The notes beneath the pieces were generated by a model, which did not search any database, was not told the DNA's origin, and saw only the letters and a list, made by a program, of their open reading frames with translations. Below are positions 17,201-25,211 of a stretch of DNA of 64,000 nt, one piece after another (the first letter of the stretch is position 1; each line of letters begins with the position of its first letter). The stretch covers positions 37,426 through 101,425 of the forward strand of contig CAZWYF010000005.1 of assembly GCA_964637835.1 (NCBI GenBank), read 5' to 3'. The position numbers were made by a program, and so were the translations under genes. Source of the DNA: an uncultured Fibrobacteraceae bacterium. Lineage in GTDB: Bacteria > Krumholzibacteriota > Krumholzibacteriia > LZORAL124-64-63.

Positions 17201-17298
17201 GCGATGCGCAGGGGATGAGCGCCAGTTCCGGCGTGTACCTGATCCGGCTGGTGACATCCGACCAGACGCTCTCCCGGCGCGCATTGCTGCTCAAGTAG
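14263..17298 (+). CDS. secreted metzincin-type zinc metalloprotease (HELNHAIGAAH = HExxHxxGxxH) with Fn3/Ig-like domains and a T9SS-like C-terminal sorting domain
   Basis: The SD is GGAGGTCGCAGCC-ATG and a signal peptide is present. The metzincin motif sits at about residue 425. The C-terminus VFPNPFNPATTVAFELPRAGSVQVAVHDLAGRRV...SGVYLIRLV...LLLK is the sorting domain. Confidence 0.8.
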   Translation: MTAPSRLLVTVILGAALALGAQAQPTLEIDPTRFEPGDLILMTISGFWPGGYDGTINIDGEPAGEVFIPAGGALTFFWPTPADLEFGGHDIDICAACDQGDLEERTNTVRVIVESGELTGSEFNLQPWGVEVTQGVRGVFARRLPPDADLVLPPEDIVHVANRRTIVRVYPWVEGGPDFERVLDVRAELYVDSGGDLFGPIAPLNPAVRQVRADATLEELRADLRRTWNFVLPPEAIDLGISETSGSFSLVVSLNPDGVQVPECADCFEDNTAYLYGNEFRHVGRTNGFAMRFRPHLVEAEVEQEDGSVELVQRPTLLQLQNSFRSLYDLLPIADGVRGIRLFPWTNVDWSGTAEGWNDEQDAFLIENFLPGGELRAAPPNDYYAFLYWGGGPGCSGHAHLFSPFLRSSACPAPPYVLAHELNHAIGAAHAGNGHGEAGGGGYDASYPDGHGQVEPDSWGIDVYDLRVYPPYASNVEGARHDYMSYGPDQWVSRYSWDLTAENLGSPQIDPGKRRIPFPLAASPAAETLAFVSFRGLLDAEGQVALEPFFASWQPTGYQGDGTYALEFLDADGQFLATVLPQPARMQDLEVPAYLFAEAIAVPVGWASMHLREGNGVIQSWQRSAHEPAVQITSPQSGFQWPSTGETTIAWEATDQDGDPLTYRILAMHGFENELFVLASGLTEASFTLDRSDLPGGGEWTLIVEVSDGFDRSYSQFVGGFVDPTAPQVLILEPADGSVHVTGDIPALGLMADIQGDVPDDGALWYLDGGWVGSGSSLVLEEVAPGSHELELVFYNTYQVEGRTSVQFEVVEGLAAPLLTAPADGSVGVPRPTELSWEEVSGAISYRVQVATDPGFDDAQIVAEAGNLGQTMVDFDPDAADQTFYWRAMAEHASQPSSWSATWSFTTGEDATPVQDTPRVRQIDLEVFPNPFNPATTVAFELPRAGSVQVAVHDLAGRRVRTLVSGHRDAGRHEIVWDGRDAQGMSASSGVYLIRLVTSDQTLSRRALLLK

Positions 17299-17313
17299 CG
17301 CCGCACCGATCCT

Positions 17314-17356
17314 CGACCGATCCTGTCCCTGGCGCGGCCCGGGGCGGGATCGGTCG
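17314..17356. terminator. bidirectional hairpin (CGACCGATCC ... GGATCGGTCG) between convergent genes
   Basis: 10-bp inverted repeats were seen flanking a GC-rich loop between the stop at 17298 (+) and the stop at 17387 (-). Confidence 0.35.
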
Positions 17357-17386
17357 TTCCATTTCGGTGGACAGCGGGGCCGCTCG

Positions 17387-19375
17387 TCAGTCGCTGCGAC
17401 CGGTGCCACGCGCCCCCAGCAGATCGCGCCCCGCCATCTCCGGCAGGGGCGCCACGCCGAAGCGGGCGAGGATGGTGGGGGCGAGGTCGCGCAGGTCGGG
17501 GTGGTCGCGGGTGAGGGGGCGATTGACGAGCAGCACGCCGGGGACCTCGTCGTGGGCCATGCAGTGGTCGCCGCTCCACTTGCTGGTGTTGTCGTCGAAG
17601 ACCACCGGGCCCACGCCGCCGAGGGCCGAGGCGTTGCTGCCGCGCCAGCCGCGGTGGTAGCCGATGACCAGGTCGGGGGCGTCGGCGACGCGCGGGCCGG
17701 TGTAGGTCTCGGTGGCGAGGTAGACGCGCTTGATGGCCGGGGCGCCCACGTCGGGGTCGCGGACGGCCTCGAGCTTCTCGGCGAGTTCGGCCAGCAGGCG
17801 CGCGGCCTCGGCGCCGGGGCGCACCACCCCGCGGGCCTCGCGGCCGCGCAGGTTCAGGTAGAGCCCGTTGATGCCCAGGGCGTAGGCGCGGGTGCGGGGC
17901 CAGTCCACCCCCGCGAGGAACTCGACGTCGCCAGGCCGGACGCCCGGTTTCAGTGCCAGGTATCCCTGCTGCAGCAGCCAGGCGTTGAGGTGGACGTTGC
18001 GGTGGAACGGCGCGAAGCCGTGGTCGCTCATGATCATGATCACCGTGTCGTCGTCGCAGGCGGCCACCGCCTCGGCGATGACGCCGTCGAGCGCGGCGTA
18101 GAGGTCGCGCACGCGGTGGCGGTGGGCCGGGTCGCAGCCCGCGTGGGTGGGTGATCGCGGATCGAACCCGCGCCAGAACATGTGGCAGGTCTGGTCGGGA
18201 GAATTGAAGTAGAAGAACAGGAAGCCGGCGTCCAGGCGCTGGAAGCGGTCGAGCTCGTGGCGCAGCTGCGCGCGGCGCTCGGCGAGGACCAGCGCGCTCT
18301 GGGAGACGTAGTCCGCATCGGTCATCACGCCCTCGTCGAGGGCCTTGGTGTCCTCGGGCAGGCCCTGGGTGTAGAACAGGCCCACCCCGTCGGCCAGTTC
18401 CCGCGCGTAGCCCGCCGGCGTGCTGATCGGCACCGCGGGCCGGCGCGGGTCGACCTGCATCGGGGTGACGTAGAGGCGCAGCCGGGGCGCCACCTCCATG
18501 ACGTGGAAGCGGCAGATGCCCGTGATGCGCTTGACCAGCGGGATGAGCTCGAACTCGGCCGTCACCCAGTCGCTCCACTCGCCCGCGGCGAGGATCAGCT
18601 CGTCGTCCCCGACGGAGAGGTGGACGCGCGCCCTGGCGGCGTCGACCCGGATCGCCACCGGCAGGCCGGTCCGGGGCTCGTCGCGGTGGTGGCGGTTGAT
18701 GGGACCGGCGATGACCACCTCGGCCCGTCCGTCGCCATCGAGGTGGACGGGGATCACCTGGCCGCCCGAGACCTCCCTGGCGACCAGGGGGTCATCGGTG
18801 ACGTAGGTGAAGAGGCCGAAGGTGTTCTGCAGGTCGGGCGTGCCCATGCCGCTGAGCGTCCGGGCCTCGGACGCGGCCGGTGGGAAGTTGGCCGGAACCT
18901 TGAACACCGTCGCATCGATGCCCGCCTGGTCGAGGAGGGTCCAGAACGCGGTGCCCGCCCGGTGCCGGACCAGGGTGGGTTCGCCCCGCGGCAGCCGGTA
19001 CTGCCCCACCGTCCAGTATTCCGTGGGTGGGCGCAGCTCGCCGCCGGAGAGGTAGGGGGAGGGCCCGGCGGGATCGCGGTGGATGAAGTCGAAGATGCCG
19101 TGGCCGCCGGGGTCGAGGCCGGTGATGACCGTGGACCACGCCACCGGCGACTGCGGCGGCATGGTGGTGCCCAGCTCGTGCAGGTGCCAGCCGCCGGCCA
19201 GGAGCCGGTCGACCTCGGGCATGACGCCCTCGGCGCGGTAGGTGGCCAGCAGGTCGGGGTCCAGGCCGTCGAGGCCCAGCACGAGCATCCGCGGCCCGGC
19301 CGCGGCGAGCTGGGTCCAGCCGAGGGCGACCATCAGCCAGACCGCGGCGCCCGTCCGCCGCGCCCTCGACACCAT
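17387..19375 (-). CDS. secreted alkaline phosphatase family protein (type I phosphodiesterase / nucleotide pyrophosphatase, PF01663-like)
   Basis: The true start is M96 (MVSRARRTGAAVWLMVALG...); the rest of the 757-aa ORF is R/P-rich junk. The LVLGLDGLDPDLL motif is present. The ATG overlaps the upstream stop as TGATG. Confidence 0.7.
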   Translation of the reverse strand: MVSRARRTGAAVWLMVALGWTQLAAAGPRMLVLGLDGLDPDLLATYRAEGVMPEVDRLLAGGWHLHELGTTMPPQSPVAWSTVITGLDPGGHGIFDFIHRDPAGPSPYLSGGELRPPTEYWTVGQYRLPRGEPTLVRHRAGTAFWTLLDQAGIDATVFKVPANFPPAASEARTLSGMGTPDLQNTFGLFTYVTDDPLVAREVSGGQVIPVHLDGDGRAEVVIAGPINRHHRDEPRTGLPVAIRVDAARARVHLSVGDDELILAAGEWSDWVTAEFELIPLVKRITGICRFHVMEVAPRLRLYVTPMQVDPRRPAVPISTPAGYARELADGVGLFYTQGLPEDTKALDEGVMTDADYVSQSALVLAERRAQLRHELDRFQRLDAGFLFFYFNSPDQTCHMFWRGFDPRSPTHAGCDPAHRHRVRDLYAALDGVIAEAVAACDDDTVIMIMSDHGFAPFHRNVHLNAWLLQQGYLALKPGVRPGDVEFLAGVDWPRTRAYALGINGLYLNLRGREARGVVRPGAEAARLLAELAEKLEAVRDPDVGAPAIKRVYLATETYTGPRVADAPDLVIGYHRGWRGSNASALGGVGPVVFDDNTSKWSGDHCMAHDEVPGVLLVNRPLTRDHPDLRDLAPTILARFGVAPLPEMAGRDLLGARGTGRSD

Positions 19376-20835
19376 CAGTACCCCAGCGTCCGCAGCCGGC
19401 GCCGTTCTTCCTCGTCCAGGCTGACCGTCGGGGGCGCGGCGCCGGTGTGCAGGATGGCGGCGAGCCGGGTCTCGTCGGCCAGGGCCTCGTCCAGGCGGGC
19501 GCGCAGCGCGGCGACCACCTCCGGGTGGTCGGCCTGCACGTCGCGGGTCTCCTGCGGGTCGCGATCGAGGTCGTAGAGACCGAGGACCGTGCCGGTGCGT
19601 GCCGGCGTGACGCCGTCCGCGACGCCGGTGGTGTCGGTCATCGCGACCAGCGACCACCACGTGTCCTGCTCCAGGCCCACCAGCGCCGACGGCTGCAGGC
19701 CGAGGCCGCGGCGGTGGCCGTCGATGAGGAAGTCGCGGTCGGGGAAGTAGCCCGGCGGATCCTCCATCAGCGGCCGCAGCGACAGCCCCTGCATGGGCCC
19801 GGGGGCCGCGAGGTCCGCGTAGTCGAGGATGGTGGGGGCGAGGTCCAGCAGGCTGACCGGCGAGAAGACCACCTTGCCGGCGGGCAGCACGCCGGGCCAG
19901 ACGATCAGCAGGGGCACCTCGCGGACCTCGCTGTAGGGGGAGGCGTGCAGGTAGCCGCCATGTTCGCCCAGCTCCTCGCCGTGGTCGGCGGTGACGATGA
20001 CCATGGTCCCGTCGGCGAGGCCGCGCGTGCGCAGCTCCTTCAGCAGGGGGCGCAGGCGGTGCAGGTCCAGGGAGTGGACGGCCGCATGATAGGCGCGGCG
20101 GAGCAGGTCGGGATCATAGGCAGCGAGATCCCAGTGGCCGTCGGCGGTGACCGCCGGGTCGGGATAGGGGTCGCGGATGCCGTGGTAGTGGCGGTCGATG
20201 CCCCGCAGGGTCCAGTACGGCAGCAGGTAATCATGGTCCACCGGCACGGTGTGCGTGTCCATGAAGTGGAAGAACAGGAAGAAGGGCCGGGTGGCGAGGT
20301 CGTCCTCGAAGGACCAGTGGCGGGTCCAGGCGCGGGTGGGCGCGAAGACCGGCTGGAAGCGGTACTGCGCCATGCCGCGGTCGAACCCGAAGCGCGCGTC
20401 CAGCCAGTGGTTGTCCGCCGGGAACCCGGCGCAGACGAAACCTGCCTGGTCGAGGGTCTCGGCCAGCATGGGCACGTGCTCGGGGACCGCGCGATCGGCG
20501 CCCGCCCGCACCACTCCCGGGGACAGGCCGGTGAACATGGCGACGTGGGCGGGCAGGGTCCAGCCCATGGGGCTGAGGCAGCGCATGAACAGCACGCCAT
20601 GGTCGAGCAGCGAGTCCAGGGCGGTGGTGGCCAGCGGCCCCGGGTTGCCGTAGGTGGGCAGGCTGGCGCTGCGCAGCGTGTCGCAGGAGATGAGGACCGC
20701 CCGGCGCAGGGGGGCGCTGGCAGGCGGGGCCGTGCCGTCGGCCGCCCGGACGGTGGATCCGGCGAGGGGGGCGGTCAGGGCCAGGGCCGCCAGGAGCACG
20801 ACCAGAGCAGGGCGCGGGAGTGCGAGGGTCTTCAT
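19375..20835 (-). CDS. secreted sulfatase-like hydrolase (alkaline phosphatase superfamily); canonical C-x-P-x-R motif not seen
   Basis: The start is MKTLALPRPALVVLLAALALTAPLAG, with ATG at 20833-20835. ...VLISCDTLRS..., ...TADHGE... and ...GYLHASPY... are typical sulfatase-fold blocks. Confidence 0.7.
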   Translation of the reverse strand: MKTLALPRPALVVLLAALALTAPLAGSTVRAADGTAPPASAPLRRAVLISCDTLRSASLPTYGNPGPLATTALDSLLDHGVLFMRCLSPMGWTLPAHVAMFTGLSPGVVRAGADRAVPEHVPMLAETLDQAGFVCAGFPADNHWLDARFGFDRGMAQYRFQPVFAPTRAWTRHWSFEDDLATRPFFLFFHFMDTHTVPVDHDYLLPYWTLRGIDRHYHGIRDPYPDPAVTADGHWDLAAYDPDLLRRAYHAAVHSLDLHRLRPLLKELRTRGLADGTMVIVTADHGEELGEHGGYLHASPYSEVREVPLLIVWPGVLPAGKVVFSPVSLLDLAPTILDYADLAAPGPMQGLSLRPLMEDPPGYFPDRDFLIDGHRRGLGLQPSALVGLEQDTWWSLVAMTDTTGVADGVTPARTGTVLGLYDLDRDPQETRDVQADHPEVVAALRARLDEALADETRLAAILHTGAAPPTVSLDEEERRRLRTLGY

Positions 20836-20960
20836 GGGAAACGAGGATACCCGGGATTCACGAAAAAGGCGAGAAGATATCACGGGAATGCGATGGTCGC
20901 GGCTCCGGCGGGCCCGGGCGGCCCGGGCAGGTGCCGGGGCCGGCTGGCGATGCCCGGCTT

Positions 20961-23165
20961 CTAGACCAGCCGCCCGGCGAACTCCGACGCGTTGCGCACC
21001 AGGACCGCGGTGCTGAAGCCGCGGACCATCTCGTCGAGGTGCCGGGCATGGTCGGCCTCGCTGCCCGGTTCGGGGTCCATCAGGCCGAGGAAGACGATGC
21101 TCGCGTCGCCGCTGGTCCGGTGCATCACCTCGACCACGGTCTGGTCGGCCGGCTTGACGATCACCTCGGTCTCCACGCGGATGCGGCTCTCCGGCACGAT
21201 GGCTGCCAGGTCCCGCTCCGCGCCGGCCCGCTCGCTCTCGCTGGAGACGATGCAGCGGACGGCGATGCGGGCGTCGCGCCACTCGTGGTTCAGGCGCAGC
21301 AGGTGGGCGAGCAACAGCATGAGGTCCCCGTTGCGCTGCTTGCCGCGCCACCAGATGTCGATGCGCTTGCGGCGACCGGGCTCGAGCTGCCAGTTCAGCC
21401 GCGCGATGATGGTGCTCTTCTTCAGGCGCGACATCGCCCGCACCAGGCGCAGCTGGGCCGCGAGGCGTTCGGGCTTGCCTGGCCAGCCGAACATCACGGT
21501 GTTGGAGCGCAGGCCCGCGATGCCGTTGGCCTGGGCCACGCTCACCACGCCCGTCTCGAAGTCCGGCACGGCGGCCACCTCGCTGAAGGCCACCAGCTTC
21601 TCGCGGTCGAGGTCTTGGTCCATGGCCCGCTCGAGGCGGTCCAGCGCCTCGGTCCGCTCGGGCAGATCCCCGGGGACCAGACGGCAGGCGGTGAGGATGC
21701 CGCGGTCCTGGTTCAGCCACGACGCCAGCCGCACCAGGCCCAGGCGCTTGCTGGTGTCGCCGGCGAAGACCAGGATGTGCGGCCGCCAGCTGCGCGGGTC
21801 GGCCTCGTGGTCGCGCAGCTGCAGCAGGGCGAAGCGGGTGATGGTCAGCCAGAGGCCGGCGCGCACGTCGCCCCAGCGCTTCTGCATGGCGCGCCGGCGG
21901 AGCTGCAGGTAGAGCAGGCCCTCGAGCAACACGGCGGCCAGGCAGGCCCAGGGGCTGATCATGAACATCACCGCGATCGCACCCAGCGATCCGAGCAGCG
22001 ACACCCACCACGGCACGCCGATGGTGGGCCGGTAGGAGGGATCGCCCGCCAGGCGCTCGAAGGCCGCGCTCAGGTTGATGGTCACGTAGAGCGTCAGGAA
22101 GAGGATGGTGACGAAACGCGCCACCTCGTTCAGCCCGCCCAGCAGCACGGCCGCCAGGGCGATGGCGCCGGCGACAGCGGTGGCCACGGCCGGCTGGCCG
22201 GTGCGGGTGACCCGGGCCAGGAAGCGTGGCGCCAGGCCGTCCTGGGCCAGGGCCTGCAGCACGCGGGGGCCGCCCAGGGCGCTGCCGAACGCCGAGGAGA
22301 GGATGGCACCCCAGAGGCCGGGAAAGACCAGCCACGCGCCCAGCACGGCCACGCGCGTCCAGACCTCCACGCCGCCGGCCTGCAGGTCGGCCGGTCCGAG
22401 GCGCGTGGTGACCGACAGCAGCAGCGGCACCAGCAGGTAGACGAGCGCGCCGGTGCCCACGGCGGCCAGGGTCCCGCGGGGGATGGCGCGCTGGGGATCC
22501 TGCAGGTCGCCGCTCATGCCGATGCCGGCGGTGAAGCCGGTGACCGCGGGGAAGAACACCGCCAGGACGAACCAGAAGCCCTCCGGGGCAGTGGCCATGC
22601 TCGCGGTCAGCTCGGGCGCGCGCAGGCCACCGGAGAACACGCCGATCACCAGGGCGACCAGCGAGATCCCCACCGCCACCATGATGGGCAGCTGCAGCCG
22701 CAACGCCACCGCGGCGCTCTGGCCCGAGATGGCCGTCACCACGATCACGATCACCGCCGCCACCGCCTGCACCGCGGCCGGCGAGGCCTCGCCGCCGAGG
22801 CCGAGCGCGAAGACGGACTCGGCCAGGCCGAAGCTGTAGAAGGTGATGCTCAGGGTGCGGCAGAGGAAGAGCGGGATGCCGATGGCTCCGCCCACCTCCA
22901 GGCCGAGGCTGCGGGAGATCATGTAGTACTCGCCGCCCACGCCCACGCGGATGTTGGTGGACAGCGCCGAGGCGCTCAGGGCGGTGATGCAGGTGATGGA
23001 GCTGCAGAGCAGCACCACCAGCAGCGTCAGCGGCAGGCCCAGGTTGCCCAGGACCCAGCCGAAGCGCAGGTACATGATCAGGCCGAGGATGGTCAGCACG
23101 CTCGGCGTGTAGACGCCCAGGAAGGTGCCGAACGTGCGCGGCCGGCCACCGGTCGTGGCGGTCAT
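20961..23165 (-). CDS. APC-superfamily transporter of the cation-chloride cotransporter (SLC12) / amino acid permease family with large cytoplasmic C-terminal domain
   Basis: The start is M63 (MTATTGGRPRTFGTFLGVYTPSVLTILGLIMYLRFGW). There are 12 predicted TM helices followed by a soluble tail of about 300 aa. Confidence 0.75.
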   Translation of the reverse strand: MTATTGGRPRTFGTFLGVYTPSVLTILGLIMYLRFGWVLGNLGLPLTLLVVLLCSSITCITALSASALSTNIRVGVGGEYYMISRSLGLEVGGAIGIPLFLCRTLSITFYSFGLAESVFALGLGGEASPAAVQAVAAVIVIVVTAISGQSAAVALRLQLPIMVAVGISLVALVIGVFSGGLRAPELTASMATAPEGFWFVLAVFFPAVTGFTAGIGMSGDLQDPQRAIPRGTLAAVGTGALVYLLVPLLLSVTTRLGPADLQAGGVEVWTRVAVLGAWLVFPGLWGAILSSAFGSALGGPRVLQALAQDGLAPRFLARVTRTGQPAVATAVAGAIALAAVLLGGLNEVARFVTILFLTLYVTINLSAAFERLAGDPSYRPTIGVPWWVSLLGSLGAIAVMFMISPWACLAAVLLEGLLYLQLRRRAMQKRWGDVRAGLWLTITRFALLQLRDHEADPRSWRPHILVFAGDTSKRLGLVRLASWLNQDRGILTACRLVPGDLPERTEALDRLERAMDQDLDREKLVAFSEVAAVPDFETGVVSVAQANGIAGLRSNTVMFGWPGKPERLAAQLRLVRAMSRLKKSTIIARLNWQLEPGRRKRIDIWWRGKQRNGDLMLLLAHLLRLNHEWRDARIAVRCIVSSESERAGAERDLAAIVPESRIRVETEVIVKPADQTVVEVMHRTSGDASIVFLGLMDPEPGSEADHARHLDEMVRGFSTAVLVRNASEFAGRLV

Positions 23166-23572
23166 TCCGGCCGCAACGACCGCGCCGCCGCGGCGAGGGA
23201 CTCGTGATTCGGCAGGACCAGGTTCAGCGACGTGACCTCCAGGATCGAGGTGACCCGTTCGCTGGCGCCGGCCAGAACCACGGTGTCGCCGTGCTTCTCG
23301 CGCTCGCGGAACAGCTCCACCAGCCAGCCCAGTCCCGTCGAGTTGAGCCACGTCACCTGCTCGAGGTCCACCACCACGTCCTGGAAGGGGGTGCCCGTGG
23401 CCGCGACCCCCTGCACCAGCGTCGCGAGGCCCGCTTCCGGGCCGAGCTGGTCGTGCCGGCCGATGGGAAGCGCGGTCCCGTCCGGGTGCAGCAGGAGCAA
23501 CTCGAGGTGGGTGCCGAAGCTGCCCTCGCCGCGGATCACGAGGATCGGGGGGCGCTGTCCGTCTGGGGTCAT
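23162..23572 (-). CDS. STAS domain protein (anti-sigma factor antagonist SpoIIAA-like)
   Basis: MTPDGQRPPILVIRGEGSFGT...VVVDLEQVTWLNSTGLGWLVELFREREKHGDTVVLAGASERVTSILEVTSL. The stop overlaps the transporter ATG as ATGA. Confidence 0.7.
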   Translation of the reverse strand: MTPDGQRPPILVIRGEGSFGTHLELLLLHPDGTALPIGRHDQLGPEAGLATLVQGVAATGTPFQDVVVDLEQVTWLNSTGLGWLVELFREREKHGDTVVLAGASERVTSILEVTSLNLVLPNHESLAAAARSLRPE

Positions 23573-23831
23573 GGGGATCTCCTGGTCACCGGGGTGCCGT
23601 CCAGGCCGGAGCGGCACGTGTCTGGTCATGCTTCCCGGCAGGATAGCAGGGAGGACCGGCCGGGGGCCAGCGAAAGCTCCGGCGAGGTCTCCGGCGAGCA
23701 CCCGCGTGGACGGTCCCGGGTCGCGGGCGCGGCGGGCCCGACGGCCGGCGATCGACCGATTCGCGGTCAACTCCCTGTCTCCGGCGACGATACGACCCCC
23801 AGAAGCGTCCCTCGCCCGGAAGGAGCCCGCC

Positions 23832-25142
23832 GTGGCCACCCAGTACGCCACCCATCGCGACCGGATCCCGCCGGTGAGCCTGGACCTCAACGTGCGGGGC
23901 CTGCAGCCATCGGCCACCGTGGCGATCAACGAGCGCTGCAACCTGCTGCTGCGCGAGGGCCGGCAGATCTTCAAGCTGGGCCTGGGGCAGAGCCCGTTCC
24001 CGGTGCCCGGGTCGGTGGTGGACAAGCTGCGCACCCATGCCGACCGCAAGGACTACCTGGCCGTCCGCGGCCTCACCGAGCTGCGCTCCGCGGTGGCCGA
24101 CTACCACCGCCGCCGCCAGGGGCTGGCCTGCTCCCTGGAGGACGTGCTGGTGGGGCCGGGTTCCAAGGAACTCATGTTCCTGCTGCAGCTGGTGTACTAC
24201 GGCGACCTGGTGATCCCCACGCCGAGCTGGGTCTCCTACGCGCCGCAGGCCCAGATCCTGGGGCACAAGATCCGCTGGGTCCGCACCGACCGCGCCACCG
24301 GCTGGCGCATGACCCCCGAGCGCCTGGAAGCGGTCTGCGCCGAGGATCCCGACCGGCCGCGCCTGGTGATCCTCAACTACCCCAACAACCCCACCGGCGG
24401 CACCTACAAGCTGGAGGAGCTGAAGCGGCTGGCCGAGGTGGCGCGGCGCTACCGGGTGATCCTGCTGTCGGACGAGATCTACGGCGAGCTGCACTTCCGC
24501 GGCCAGCACGTCTCGGTGGCGCGCTTCTATCCCGAGGGGACCATCGTCTCCAGCGGCCTGTCCAAGTGGTGCGGCGCCGGCGGCTGGCGGCTGGGCACGT
24601 TCCTCTTCCCGCCGTCGCTGCGCTGGCTGCTGGACGCCATGGCCGCGGTGGCCAGCGAGACCTTCACCTCCACCAGCGCGCCCATCCAGTACGCCGCCGT
24701 GCGCGCGTACTATGGTGGATACGACATCGAGAGGTACCTCTGCGACTCCCGCCGCATCCTGCGGGCCCTGGCCCGCCACTGTCATGATCGCCTCGCCGCC
24801 GCCGGCCTGGACGTGCCCGCGGCGCGGGGCGGCTTCTATCTCTATCCGGACTTCGGCCCCGTGGCCGAGCGCCTGCGCGCCCGCGGCCTGCTCACCGCCC
24901 GCCAGATCTGCGAGCGACTGCTGGACGACACCGGCGTGGCCATCCTGCCGGGCACCGACTTCGGCGGCTCCGTCGAGGAACTCACCGCCCGGCTGGCCTT
25001 CGTGAACTTCGACGGCGCGCGCGCCCTGGCCGCGGCCGAGACCGTCCCGCGCGACCACCCGCTGGACGAGGCGTTCCTGCAGACCTGTTGCGCCGGCACC
25101 CTCGCGGCCACCGAGCGGATCGGGGAGTGGGTGGCGGGCTGA
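23832..25142 (+). CDS. PLP-dependent aminotransferase, class I/II (aspartate aminotransferase family)
   Basis: GTG at 23832 has an AAGGAG SD. The motifs NYPNNPTG and SSGLSKWCGAGGWRLG (PLP lysine) are present. Confidence 0.75.
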   Translation: MATQYATHRDRIPPVSLDLNVRGLQPSATVAINERCNLLLREGRQIFKLGLGQSPFPVPGSVVDKLRTHADRKDYLAVRGLTELRSAVADYHRRRQGLACSLEDVLVGPGSKELMFLLQLVYYGDLVIPTPSWVSYAPQAQILGHKIRWVRTDRATGWRMTPERLEAVCAEDPDRPRLVILNYPNNPTGGTYKLEELKRLAEVARRYRVILLSDEIYGELHFRGQHVSVARFYPEGTIVSSGLSKWCGAGGWRLGTFLFPPSLRWLLDAMAAVASETFTSTSAPIQYAAVRAYYGGYDIERYLCDSRRILRALARHCHDRLAAAGLDVPAARGGFYLYPDFGPVAERLRARGLLTARQICERLLDDTGVAILPGTDFGGSVEELTARLAFVNFDGARALAAAETVPRDHPLDEAFLQTCCAGTLAATERIGEWVAG

Positions 25143-25211
25143 CCGGGCCGTCATCGGTGACACCGACGCGGCGCCGGATCCAGGCCGCCGCGTCCGCTCC
25201 TCCGGCGCCGG

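Noticed and set aside
14716-17409. 897-aa antisense ORF opposite the metzincin gene
   Set aside because: Shadow ORF of a high-GC coding region.
19375-22335. N-terminal 500 aa of the 986-aa track ORF upstream of the sulfatase start
   Set aside because: The R/P/G-rich extension runs through the promoter region and overlaps the transporter gene on the same strand in another frame. The real start is MKTLALP at 20835.
20820-23207. 795-aa plus-strand ORF
   Set aside because: Antisense to the 12-TM transporter, which has obvious membrane-protein composition.
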